Shown piece by piece: positions 50,907-64,000 of a stretch of DNA of 64,000 nt; the first letter of the stretch is position 1; each line of letters starts with the position of its first letter. Source of the DNA: Paramecium tetraurelia. Lineage: Eukaryota. The stretch spans positions 62,001 to 126,000 of the forward strand of contig CT868060.1 in assembly GCA_000165425.1 (NCBI GenBank), read 5' to 3'. The position numbers and the translations under genes were made by a program. The notes below the pieces were generated by a model. The model searched no databases. It was not told the origin of the DNA and worked only from the letters and a program-made list of their open reading frames with translations.

Positions 50907-53125
50907 TCAAATAGTAAATATATTCATTAGTTATTTTTGATTGAAAATATTATATTTTACCGATAGGTGTTATAATTGAAGTTTAATAAATAGCAGTTCC
51001 AAGTGATTTGCATCTGAAGTGGATTCCTTAAGATTTTGTTCCAAAAACACTACCAATTTACCCAATCCAAATCCAGAATGGATTGATAAGAACTGTGTTG
51101 TCACAAAATCGGATAATAAACTGTCTATCTTTTCTTTTTTATTGAATAGGTGCTCAACCTTCTTGATAATTTCTAAGAATATTTGCAAGAGTTGGTTTGA
51201 AACTTTCTTTTAATCCTCTAGATTCCTCTCACTATACACATGCTTATTAATTTGATATTTCAGACTCTTCAATTAGAAATGCCACTATTTGTTATAGATG
51301 TCATTCGAGTCGATAATATTCTTAATACTATTTAATTAGTATAATAGCTTCTTAATTTGAATTAGATCGTCTACCTATTCTTAGAATTGATCCTAATTTA
51401 GTAAATTCTCAATATTATTATATTGTAGCCTATCAAATTCATACGCAATCTTCTTGATCCCCTTATATATTTAACATTAAATTCTCTGAGAGTCTTATGG
51501 ATTCATCAGAGTGTTTTTCTCTTCTAATCGTTTTAGATTATTAGGAGACAATGGAATTTGTCTTGTGATTTCATTTATTCTTGTTGTCTAAATCTTATTC
51601 TCCAATCCCAAATTATCTAATTGGGCTAAGCTCTATACTTTTATCGAAAAAATCTCATCACATTCATCTGACAATTGTGATTAATAGAATATCTCATTTT
51701 TTGTTAGGATATGTTGAATCTCTACTTTCTAAAAGCCCTTCAAATATTTGTAAATGGTTAAGTCATTCTTTAAATAATCGATTGGAATCAAATCATGATA
51801 ATCTTTCTAAAATATGAACTCAGGAAATTTGTAGATGAAGAATTTTACAATATAAATCTGTCTAGTAAGGACTGCCAAATGCAAGCAATTGTGCTTTTAC
51901 TTTTAGGTTTTCTGTCTGAAATTGAACTTGTATTCTTTCTGTTTATAGACGTATTCAATCACTTAGATGTATCCTTTTTATACAGCCAAGTGAATAGGAG
52001 TGTAGCCATTATGATTGATATGATTGCCATTGACTCCATTCTTCAATAGCAATTGCAGAATCTTTTGAGCCTCTGCTTCATTCATTTAATACACACAAAA
52101 TAAGTAATGAATACTATTATTACCGTAAATATCTTATTCATGCAATCCTACATTTCGCTTGATTAAATCAAACACTAAATAATATTATAATTTAGATACT
52201 GCAATATTTAAACAACTCTTAGCCCATGAACTATATATTAATTATAAACATACGCTCCTTTATTTGGGTCAGCATTTGCATATAACAAATATCTTGCTGC
52301 TAAATATTTCTCTTCCCAAATCGACAATCCTAAAGGAGAGTAATCATCCTGATTAATTTCGTCAATCTAGAATTTTTTGGGTTCCGACAGCAGTATTCTC
52401 AGCATCCCAATATCCTCATCCAATATTGTCTAGTGTATTTTATATTGGATCTAAATGTCTTTGTCCTGGTACTTTAAGGCAAATTGTTTAAATGCAATCG
52501 AACTTAACAATTGTTTTGCTGATATCGTTTCGCCTGTGCAACATAATTCAATCGTGTGAAACAACTGATATATCAGCTCTTGGGATTGAAATAACTCCTG
52601 AACTCCTGGATCTCCATACTTGAACCAATCAAGTTGGAACACATTTAGAGTATCTATGTTAATCACTTTAATACATTTTAGTTTGGTGATGCTCTTTGGG
52701 ATCTCCATGAAACTGTTATGTGAGATGAACAATTGATCAAGCTACAATAAGTCGCCTATGTCAGCAGAAATTTTCTTAATATGATTTTATGATATGTCCA
52801 ATTGCTGCAAATGCTTGAATTTTCCAAATTAGAACTCTTATAATAGATTATTTCTGATAAACAATATTTCCAAATTCTTAAATCCATCCAAAATATTGTA
52901 ATCTAATTGTTTAATGTAGTTGTCATTCAAATTTAAAGATATCAATTTTTTTAGTTTCCCCAATCCATCTGGGAATGCAGTAATTCTCGTCTATTATAAT
53001 GAGAGATGTTTCAAAGATTCGTCAAAATCTTGCTGATTATTCTAAAAAGCAAACCTAGGCACTGCACTCTTTTAATTGATTTTGCTTCTAGTTACTTAGA
53101 GTTATAAATCGTATTCCTAATCCAT
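50907..53125 (-). CDS. Leucine-rich repeat plus ankyrin repeat protein
   Basis: LRRs LKKLISLNLNDNYIKQL, LEILFIRNNLL, LQQLDISQNHIKKI and LDQLFISHNSFMEIP. Ankyrin repeats DYSPLGLS, YGNNSIHY, NGYTPIHLAV and HNCLHLAV. Confidence 0.85.
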
Positions 53126-53302
53126 TGATTTATTAATTTATTATAATAATATTCTGATTAAATATATATACATCATCTATAATTGTTTGGCTTAGTATTT
53201 TTTGATCAATATTTATCAAATTTTTGCTTATTAGAATTGTAGATAAATTAATTTGCTATATAAGAAATAATTTGAATTTATAAAATCAAAATCATTGATT
53301 AA

Positions 53303-55645
53303 ATGAAGTAGTGGGAGAAGCAATAAAGTCAGAAGCTCTATGAAAAGCGAATCCAGCATGCCAAAGCGCAAGTGCCTGTTTCAAATAAGAAGAAATCAAC
53401 TAAAGTGAACGAATCAATGAATTCCATGAATTCCTCCATTTCAGGATTCACACACAAAGAAAAAGAAGATAAGGAATCAATCCCTCTATACAAATTGTTG
53501 AAATTGTATCAGCTGTAATAATATGCTCAATAACTAATAACAAGAGGATATGGGTATGATTTAATTAAATTTGCGATGCTCACAGACAATTAAATTGAAT
53601 ATTTGTTCAATGACATCAAAGTATTGCCAGGCCACAAAGTCAAACTCCTGGATCTGATAGCCTACATTAAAGAGATTATTACACCTTCAAACTCATCCAA
53701 ATTTAGAAACACTAGTTATACAAAAAAAAATAGTAAAATCATAACACAATAAAAACCCAAAACAAGTTAAACTTAAAGAATAAAACCACAATAACAATAA
53801 TAATAATAATAATAACAATAATATTAACAATAATAACAATAATAATAATAAATACAAGCCATCAACAAATAAAAGCAAATGAAAATTACAAACATTGGCT
53901 TTGATTTTTTCTAAGATGAGAGTGATTATGAAGATGAATTCAATTAAGCACTAAACTAAATTATGGAGAAATACAAAGGAGACACAACTACAATTATTAA
54001 TTCTAATAATTAGACCCTCTAAAATCAATATAGTAAACCAATATTAACAAAAACTAATAATTTTTTATAAACTACAACAGGACCAATATTATCTGATACC
54101 AGCAGAACTCATACAAAACCAAAAGCAAAAGATGATATCATCTTGGTTAGTAAATTTCAAGATGATAAATTGGTTACAGAAGTTAAGGAGAACAAGTAAT
54201 TTAGACTTATGATTTTAGGTTGATAAAGAATTTGGAGAAGCAATTAAATTAGAAAAGAAGAAAGAGAAATTTTGAAGAGGATGAAAATTTGCCAGATTTA
54301 CAAATGTCCTAAATTAAACACATGTACTTATCCTATGATACTGGTAAATTGACTTCAACCCTTGTGAATTTGGATATTGAGGAAATGAGTAATTGCCTAG
54401 CTTGGGCTATATTGAAGCATATACAATTTAGTAAGAGGATTAACTATTCGACAATGAAAAATTCCAGTATTCCTTTCTCCATGGATATAAGATTTCGTGG
54501 AACTGGCATGAATTACTAAGATACTTCCTAAAATCCAATTGAAGAACCAACTCAATTGCATCTTTATAGTGAATAACAATAATAACAATAGATAGGATTA
54601 TTCTAATCATAATAAATATCAAAATTAGATAAAACCAATTTGAGTAATAAGTAGAATAAGACCTTGGCCTAAATAAGTGAGAAAACCTTAAGCAAAGACG
54701 AAAATGAGTTTGAGATTAAGAAGTAGGAAATATAAGATATTTTGAAGGAAAGTTATCTTCATAATGAGTAATTTGATAATGAAGAAAATGATGACTACTA
54801 ATAAGATTATGATGTTTGTTCAGAGGAAGAAAATGATAATGAAAATTAAATTATTTAGGTTTAATAGAATGAGTCAGACTCTTTTAGTCCCATTAAACCT
54901 AAATATATATAACATTAGTAATAATAATTGGTTAAAGTCAATAATATCTCTGAAGAATCTTTACAACATATTGAGGATTCTTAAAAAATATACAACTACT
55001 CTCAAAGTATGCAGTATTAAGAGTAATAATCCTTATTTTAATCTAAATTTGACTTTATTGAGATGGAAGAGGATGACAAAGAAATTAAGCTCTAATACTA
55101 AAAAATTTATTTTGATGTTAATTCTGAGTAAGTTATACCAACAGCAGAAGTTGTAAGTAACTATTGTAAAAATGTTATAATAACTTCAAAAATGGAAAAG
55201 GAAGTGACAATTCTTTGTCTGGTTTACATAGAAAGATTATTAACATTAGCTAATATTAGTTTAGAACCATAAACCTGGAAAAGAGTAGTTCTTATATCAT
55301 TGGTATTTCTCTTTATTATAATATTAGATTATTGCATCTAAGATTTGGGATGATGAATCCTTTGAGAATGACAATTTTGCAAAAGTGTTTCCCCAATATA
55401 GAACAAAAGATATTAATGAAATGGAAAGAATATTTCTGATGTTATTAGATTATAGACTTCAAGTATATCCAGCTGAATATGCAAAATACTATTTTATTTT
55501 GAGAATGTATACAGAAAGCAAAAAGAGAAGTTTTCCTTTACGCCCATTAGATTTAAATACTATCATGAAATTACAAAAGTAATCCAACCAGGCAGAATTT
55601 GGATTGAAGTAAAAGTATGGACAAAGTTTAAATAAATCTTTTTGA
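53303..55645 (+). CDS. Cyclin Y-like protein with N-terminal SAM domain and polyQ linker
   Basis: SAM-like LYKLLKLYQLQQYAQQLITRGYGYDLIKFAMLTDNQIEYLFNDIKVLPGHKVKLL. C-terminal ILCLVYIERLL...TWKRVVLISLIIASKIWDDESFENDNF...INEMERIFLMLLDYRLQVYPAEYAKYYF is the cyclin Y signature. Intron near 55303-55327. Confidence 0.88.
53780..53882 (+). repeat. (TAA/CAA)n trinucleotide run encoding polyglutamine
   Basis: CAATAACAATAATAATAATAATAATAACAATAATATTAACAATAATAACAATAATAATAA lies in frame within the cyclin gene. Confidence 0.85.
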
Positions 55646-56196
55646 ATATAACTAATAATAACAATAACATTAAAATCATATTTTAATATTGTGCTTAAAA
55701 TTATAATTCTCTACTAATGATTTTATATATTTTTGATTAAAAATTTAAATCTTTTGATGATTTCCTTTACAAAAAAATTTTAATATTTACATAAAAGATT
55801 AGATTTAATTTAGGCATTATCTAGAGTCAATATTAATTGCAAATATAGAAAATTGATTTAAAGATCGTATTGCTTGAAGGATATTTCAATGGTTTCAGCA
55901 TTTGTTTCATTTAATAATCTTTCTAATTTTGAAATATATTTTTATATAATGATAAATTCTTAAAGTTAAATAATATATCAAAATTTTTATCGTTTACAAT
56001 ATTAAATTAGATTATTTTTAAAATAATATTATCATAAATTTATAAAAACTAATTGATAAGAATGTCAATAATATCTTCGGAATTATGGCTCTAAGATTTG
56101 TATGGTTGTTGCATAATTTAATAAATTATAATAATTTCACACAGGATTTGTAAAATGAATAAAAATCTCATTATCATATATAATTTTTTTATTATT

Positions 56197-59100
56197 ATGA
56201 TTTTTATAATATAACAAATATTGATTGCTGATTTCTTTCTACGAGGGAATTGTTTAGATATATGCAATCAATAGTTATCCTATTCATCATGTATCAATAG
56301 CATCGAGGGTTAATGTATGTGGGATTCAGTGAGAAATCATTGTCAACACACGAATGATTATATGCAAGGATGTAGTACTTTTTTGAATTTGTTGGCTTGT
56401 TAAAAGTAATTAGGAGATGCCCTAGGTTAGTTTGCAAAATGTATAATATAAGATTGAAATAGGTCGATTCAAAAAATTCTGTGAAAATATTCCTGATGTA
56501 TTGACTGAAACATGTTATAATAATTTATCAAAGTATGGATGTTTATCTGTTTAAAATCCAAAATAGATTTGCATTTGGAAAAATCAGAAATGTTATTTCC
56601 TAGGAACATCATCATAATCAAGTTTAATATAAAATGATTTCGATAAGATGATGTATAGCGCGTCTGCTTGTTCACTTATAGAACATTATTTAGTGATTCA
56701 TAGTAGTTTATTATGGAATCTCACCTCATACATTCCTGATTTACAATTAGAGGCGTTTCAACAATAATAAAGAGATTTGAATATTATTGACACTGACGAT
56801 ATAAATTTCGATGACCCAAGCCTAAATGAGATGCAGAATAACTATTTAACAAAAAACGGAAAGTTTATTTGGTATAAATTAGGAAAATCTCTCTAATTTA
56901 GTTAAACAAATTGTAAAATATTGATTGATATATTAAGTGTAAATATCAAATAGATTTCGAGAAGGCTGTATTGCATTAGAAATATATGATGACGATGACT
57001 TTTACTCAATTTTTAGTGTATAAGGTGAAATCTTAGGTGTAAATCATGTGTATTGCAAATATTTAAATTAAAATCCTCAAATAAACTAAAAATATATATT
57101 CATAGATAATAAATGTGTGAAGTTTGATACAAATGAATTAGCAAACTAAAGAATTATAGAGGAGTATAACATAAATTGTAAATCATTAGATAAATATTAA
57201 TGTATATTTTTTAACCCAAAAGAATATAATTGTTAAATAGAAGATGATTAAAACGAATATTAGTGCGTGGAAGTTTAAAATGATTATGAAATTGATTGTA
57301 GTGATGCATTTTGCACTATCAAACAATGTCAAAAATTAGATAATCATTATATTGATTTAGGTACTAATATGTGTGTTAATACTTGTACTTCAATTTCAAA
57401 TATGAATGAATGTCTAAGTCAGGATTGCAATTATTTAGGAGTTAAGAGTACATAATCGGAAATCATTTGTGCACCGATAAATATATGCAATTAAATCGGT
57501 TTAACCAAATCTGGTTGCATATTCTTAAGAGCAAAATGTGATTGGGATAATAATGAAAATAAATGTTATGAATTGCAGGACAATGCGATTTCTTTAATGA
57601 AATGTTCAGATGTCTAAAACTTACATGTTTGCACTCTCATATCATTAAGCGATTAGTTGTGTTATTGGTCTGAACTGATGATGAAATGCATCAACATACT
57701 CGATTAACCACTATTGATGGTACAAACTATATTTATGGACAGAAATTTAGATGAAAATTATTAATAATAAATAAGTTTGGTTTGCAATTTGAATCTCTGT
57801 AAATATAACTCTTTGCTAGCAACTGAGTTTGATGAGGTAAAAAGAGTATGCTTATTCGATTAATTAAATTTGAATAAAAACTTAGCCTTAATAAACAAAT
57901 ATGATTGTCTCCACAATTTTAAAGGTTATTATCTATGGAATTAGGAGAAGTAGATTTGTTAAAAATTTGAATAATCCCAAATCAAAAATCAATATTGTTT
58001 GGAATTGGTAGATGTAAATGAACGATTTTGTCAATATAGTAAGTTATCTTCAATTACTGTTCGATGTGTTTATGATTAAATCACTACTTCCTGTATTGAA
58101 AAAACTGAAAATGAGGTAAATATTTTGGGGTGTTCAGGGAATGGATTATCAGAAGAGAAATGTTTAAATAACAATATTAAAGGACAGTTTTGTACTTATT
58201 AAGATGAATTGTGTATGGAAGTTTCCATAAATACCATTAATAATCTAAAGTGCTCATCTCTAATTAATGTAAATGAATAGATTTGTAGAATGTATTTTAT
58301 TAATAAAACACTTTGTAAATATAATGAGGTTACTCATTCATGCATTGAATTAAGTTCAACGGATTTAATAGAATATAATTACAATTTAAATAGGTATGCA
58401 TGTTAGGCAGTGTCAGATAGTTATACATACTTTGATGAGTAGATAAATAGGTGTATTGAATTTGATTCAACCTCAGATATTTATTTAATGAAACTAAAAT
58501 GCGAAGAAAAATATGTTAATAAATTGACATGTTTAAGTATTATAACTGATGGACAATTATGTATTTGGAGTACATCTCTAAACTAATGCAAAAATTATTT
58601 TGATAATTTTCCTAGTTGTTCATTTTTTGAAAATGGTAGTAGTTAAACATGTGTTAAATTGAAAAATATGAATAAATAGGAATCTACGATGGAAAATTAT
58701 TGTGTATATTAAGATAATAAATGTATCTCAAAAATAGAAAATTAGATTGATTGTGGAGATGAGGATATAATGAATATTCATCGTTGTAGTGGTATGACAG
58801 GGATTGACTAAGATGGCTATTTTGTGTAAATGTGTGCTTTTGTTGCTAAAAAGTGTATAACATTGATCGATTCCAGCATGGATACAGAAATAATACTAAA
58901 CACAATTACTTGTGAATAAGCAAATTAGAAATCTTGTGGATAAGTGAAAACTCCTGGTTAATTTTGCTATATCACAAAATCATCAGATATCAATAATATC
59001 ATAATAAATAAAGGATGCAGATTTCAGAAATTGGATAAGAAGTATTGTTATTTGTTGAATTATAAATATGGAGAAGATATTAATTTATTAAATCCAAAAA

Positions 59101-62100
59101 TATGTTCATAAGCAACCGATGAGTGCATTTATGATTCAGCAGAAGGTTGCATGTCTATTTATGATACAACTTTAAATTATGATTGTGAGCAGCCAGGAAT
59201 ATCATATAAGTTATGTATAAGTTAGACAAAAGAACGTAGATGTGCTTTTATAGACAAGACTTGTAAATATATTTCAGAAAATTATGTATTTACAAAGGAT
59301 TGCAAATATCTTAATGAATTTGCTTGTTCCTCGTCTCCATTTATTTAATGTGTTTGGAATGAATATTATATGGAATGCGAGCTTATGAGTTTTTATTACA
59401 TAGAATCAATTACTAGTGATTATTTCTGTTCTTCTAATCACGATAATATATTCATGATATCTGGTGAAACTGAATGTATTGAAATAGACTAAGCTGATTA
59501 CAATTTATACACTTGTGATACTCCAGGGTTGAATAAGTATGGTTGCTATTCAATTCCAACATAATATTGTCAATACCTAAATAATAAGTGTTAATTTTAT
59601 TCTTCAGTATTGTGTGATGATACCACTTTTGAATGTGAATCAAATGATACTAATGATTAATAATGTGTATTTAAGGATGGTTAATGTTTTGCCATAACAA
59701 ATACTCTCTTTGATTGTGATTCTTTTGAGAAGACTAATTACCTATTTTGTCTTTAATACCCTAATTGCATTTATAAAGATTCTCAATGCTAATAGATTAA
59801 ATAATATCAGAAATACACAGATTGTTAGAGTATCGATAATGTTACTACATGTACTGTCTAAAACAGTGAACACTAATGTTAATATATAGAAGAATGTGAT
59901 AGTCTTGATTAGCTCTTAGATATCTGTCCATCTCTTTCTGGGTATTATTCAAGAAGTGTATGTTCAAATTTCTAGGATTGTTAATATGGATACACAAAAA
60001 ATGGTTTTGGCTTTTGTTTTTAAGGATAAAACATAGTTGAATTAACTTGTGAACAATTACCTTAAGATCTCTGTTTATCAGATTTATCCCATTTAAATGG
60101 TGATCTGACATGCTTTTGGGATAGTACTGAGGAAACATGCAGGAATGTATAAAATTATAATATTCTGACTTGTGATGATTTATCATAGTATAAATCCAGT
60201 TATGCTGCATGTATGCACATTGGTAATAATGATTGTAAGTACTCCTTTCAAGACAATAAATGTAAATTAGTGAATGAATACTTTGGTACAACTTGTCAGG
60301 GATCTACTAAGTAATAATGTGATTAGATTGAATCCATCTGTTATTTTAAAGCTTCCACATGTGTAAAATCTGGAACTAATGATCAAATTAATAAATATGG
60401 ATGCATCCATCAAACAGGCTATTACAAATACCACCAAGGAAGTTGCAAATTATTAGAATCTACAGATTATCAGTAATCTTGCCAAAATCTTTCTAAAGAT
60501 GCTTGTTTGAGTGAACTCACTAAAGAAATTCATTGTAGATGGATAAATGAAAAGTGCAAAACTGTACTCATATAGGAAAATAAGGAAATATCTTCATGTT
60601 CAGATTTAAATCAAAGAGTTTGTCTAGAAGTTGCACTTTCCAATATTCAGTGTAAATGGAATTCTGAAATCAAAAGCTGTGAAACAATTATAATCACTCA
60701 GTTCGATTGCACTTTGACTGATTAAACTAATAATACATCTAAAAGTTTATGCAGTGGTCAAACATCTAATTATTGTGTAAGACGCCTTGATGGGACTGAA
60801 TGTTCTCCTGCTACTACTAAAATTAATTCTTGCGTTCTTTTTGGATTGAATTTGAATGCTTGTGTAGAATTAACTAATGATGTACCCTGTATATGGAAGT
60901 AATACAACAACGGAGGATATTGTGAAAATGCAAATCTATATTAATCTTAATGTTCAGATCTACTCAACGAAAAGGCTTGCATGAATGTGAAGAATTTAGG
61001 GTAACATTGTAAGTGGGATATCGATCAAAAACGTTGTTAATTTTAAGAGATTACAACCTGTTCATCAGCAAGTTACCTTAATGGAATTCTACCATGTAAA
61101 GCTGTATCTGAAGAACTTTGTTAATATGATGAATTATTTAATTAATGCAAAAAGATAATTGATACACTAACAGATTGCTCTGAACTCTATAATTAATAAG
61201 CTTGCATTTAATCTAGCAAAGGTTGTGTTTGGAATTTGAACTCTTGCAAGTAATAAATATTATTAAGGTGTGAATTGTTTTTAAATAAATTTGTCTGTTT
61301 GAATAACCAATAAGTTGGATGCTAATGGGTTGATAATTAGTGTGAATCATTTGAATCTATATACCAAAAGATTTATTGTGTAAATCTGCCAAAAGGACTC
61401 AATAAATTTGCTTGTCTAACTAATGCAATGGATCCTTGTAATTTAAATTTTCAATTAGAGATGTGCCTACCATCCCAATCATTTTCCCAGAATTTTGATG
61501 ATTATGTTTCTGTTTCACAACTTCTAGAGATTTAAACCTTGGATTATCCATAACCATTATTGTTTAATTAATGCGAATAATTTGAAACTAAACACGATTG
61601 TATTCATTCAAGAAAAGAAGATTAACCCTGTGTTTGGATTGAAACATGTCAAAGAGTGACCAATTTTGATAAATTGAAATGTTCGGATGCACTCAACATC
61701 TGGGGTTGTTTAGGTATTACAAGTACCAATTAACTTTGCTTTTGGAATCATAAATGTTTAAATTGGAATTAAGATAACCCAATTATGTCAAATGTTAATA
61801 TAAATGTTTGCATTAATCATAGTATAAGTAGCATATATTCTAAGAATTCCTGTTAAGTCAAGGATCTATAAACAATAGATTGCACATCGGTTGGAATAAG
61901 TAAACTAACATGTTTATCAATTCCTAATTAACCTTGTTAATGGATAGCATCACTTAATCAGTGTTAAAAATTTGTTTAAGACAATAAAAAAAATAAATGT
62001 TCAGATTATTAATTAGTTTCACCTTTTGTTTGTTAAATGCTCTCAGATTATGCTTGTATTCATGATACAGATACATTTAGTTGTATTACAACTGATCAAG

Positions 62101-63680
62101 ATAATTAAATGATAGGTCTATCTAAATTGGCATGTCTTCAAAATAATTAAAAACCTGTGTATTGGAACGAAACTAATTATTGTGAAGACTTGAAAATATA
62201 AATAACTTGTGATTCTAAATTGTAAGTTAACTCAATTGCTTGTTAAAGCATTTCTGACACCCCTTGTTTATACAATAATAAATTAAATTAATGCATTAGC
62301 TAATTTAATGTATGGTCACTCACATGTGACGCAGCTGGTTTAAATCTACATGCATGCAGCATGGTCCTTTAAGAACCATGTATCTTTAGGAATAATAAGT
62401 GTTAGAAATTTAATGATTATTAGTCATCTTGTATCACTGTAAAGAATGTAAATGCTTTGGCTTGTGCATCGATAATTAATGAAAATTGTATATATGATTC
62501 TGTAAAACTATAATGTAATGTTCCTATCTATCAATCTAATACTTGTAATGTTTCTGGCAAAAATAAAATGTTTTGTGAAACAAATTCTCTATGCAATTGG
62601 AGTTAAGAAAAGTTAATGTGTACATGTATTGAATTCCAATCAGAAATTTGCAAATTTGATAAAATTAATGAATGCAAAGCAAACTCAAATTGTTATTTCA
62701 ATGGTAATTAATGCACCAGAAAATAGTGTTATCATTTAAAATCAGAAGATTGCAATTCCATTTTAGATGATAAATAATGCTACTTAAATAATTTAAATGA
62801 TTGTCAATCAGCAAGTAGATGTGAAGATATTATTGATTCAAAGTTACCATGTTCTAACTATGTTATCAATTCTATTCAATGCAGTTAAGCAGGGAATCAA
62901 TGTGCTTCATCTAATAATCTAGATCTATATTGTCCATACTCTGATTGCTCAAATCCTAAATGCAAATATCAATTTGGTATTTGTAAAGTTAGAACTTGCT
63001 CTGATTACAGTATCAAAGATTGCAATGGTGTAGGTGGTTGCTATTTAGATTCAAATAAGATATGCTAAATACTAAGTTCGTGCTCTTTGGTAAATAATTA
63101 TGGAGAGTCTGCTATGAATATTTGCAATCAATTATCAGTATAAGGTTTTAGATGCAATTGGCAGAAAATGTCTCTATTAGATTCTATTGAAGTGTGTACA
63201 AGTCAACCATGTCAATTATATGGATCATCAAAAAGTTTATGCCATGGAAATGAAATAAATGGCTATTCATGCATTCTTTCTAATTCATTGATTTGTTCAT
63301 AATGTGAACAAATTGTAGAGAAGTGCCAATGTGAAAATTAATAATAGATCTGTTCTTATGCTAATGGTAAATGTGTTTCAATCTTATGTTCTTCCTTCCT
63401 GACAAAGGTTGAATGTTTATAGGCATAAGACCGTTGTTATTGGAGTGCTCAATTGAAAGAGGATAATTCTATTGTTGAGAAATGTGTAAAAGAATGCATT
63501 AAAATTATTGATTCAGATGAATGTACTTCTAGATCGAAGGAATGTTACTATGAACCTTTGCAGATGAAGTGTATGAAGGGTCAAAAACAGGTCATAGATT
63601 TAAGCACTGATATCATTATTGAAGAATTCTATTCCCATGTCATGTCAACTTTGATCCTAATTTTTATTTTATTGTCATGA
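56197..63680 (+). CDS. Giant (~2,480 aa) cysteine-rich surface protein (surface-antigen-like, probably GPI-anchored)
   Basis: Hydrophobic N-terminus, then dozens of degenerate C-x(n)-N-x3-C...C-x-W-x(4-6)-C modules (CMWDSVRNHC, CIWKNQKC, CKWNSEIKSC). One 25-nt intron near 56913-56937. It ends in the hydrophobic tail HVMSTLILIFILLS* with no cytosolic residues. Confidence 0.88.
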
Positions 63681-64000
63681 ATTAAAATAATTATTTTAAC
63701 AATTCTCATCTATTCTCTCTGATCAATTTGATTTATAATTGATTATTTAAATATATATTATATTTATTACTGTTGAATAATACTTACATCATAAGAACAG
63801 ATTAGGAGTGTATTTAATAGAAATTACCAGGATGAGATATCATATAATAAGTATGGTTTTAAATTAAATAGATTTGTTATAATGAATAATTAGAATAGTA
63901 TTCCAACTTAACTAGTTAATTTGTCAATAATTGAGAGTATTAAAGATGAGAATAGACAGAATAATAAATATCAATCGTATTTAATATGTGCATATGAGAA

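Noticed and set aside
53693..53878. Leu-rich minus-strand ORF resembling a membrane peptide
   Set aside because: It is the antisense shadow of the TAA/CAA polyQ tract in the cyclin Y gene.
54764..55156. 130-aa Met/Lys-rich plus-strand ORF
   Set aside because: It is an out-of-frame reading of the acidic GAT/GAA-rich linker of the cyclin Y gene.
59845..60291. 148-aa minus-strand ORF, the longest in the supplied track
   Set aside because: It lies antisense within the continuous Cys-rich surface protein gene and has no protein-like motifs.
1..64000. Prokaryotic systems (CRISPR, prophage, defence operons), wholesale pseudogenisation, retained IESs or telomeres
   Set aside because: The apparent stops are Gln codons. 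I saw no spaced direct-repeat arrays, transposase or integrase motifs, C4A2/C3A3 telomeric tracts, or TA-bounded insertions interrupting the conserved genes I translated.

Overview
This is AT-rich, gene-dense eukaryotic DNA from a ciliate, almost certainly the somatic (macronuclear) genome of a Paramecium species. Conserved proteins read through in-frame TAA/TAG as Gln (translation table 6) and stop only at TGA. Genes carry 20-30 nt GT..AG introns, and intergenic gaps are often under 60 nt. The supplied standard-code ORF track therefore shows only fragments and antisense shadows. Hand re-translation gives about 27 genes. Recognisable ones are a RING-H2 E3, a mitotic cyclin, gamma-glutamyl hydrolase, an RRM protein, a Ubc9-like E2, a PDI/thioredoxin-like protein, HVA22/REEP, UPF1, a multi-TM triple-PX protein, a B-box-like protein, a secreted CS/p23-like protein, a dual-specificity phosphatase, a RING-HC E3, a ~2,000-aa coiled-coil protein, VPS13, a WGR-fused minimal ATP-dependent DNA ligase, two tandem type I membrane paralogs, an LRR-ankyrin protein, a SAM-cyclin Y fusion and a ~2,480-aa Cys-rich surface protein. 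Several decayed gene-like tracts lie between them. The most unusual observations are three tandem minus-strand genes chained by ATGA stop/start overlaps, the bacterial/viral-type minimal ligase, a 31-nt dyad-symmetric bidirectional spacer and an isolated perfect 18-bp hairpin. I saw no rRNA, tRNA, CRISPR array, telomeric repeat or recognisable transposon. Boundaries and introns come from manual translation with no database searches.
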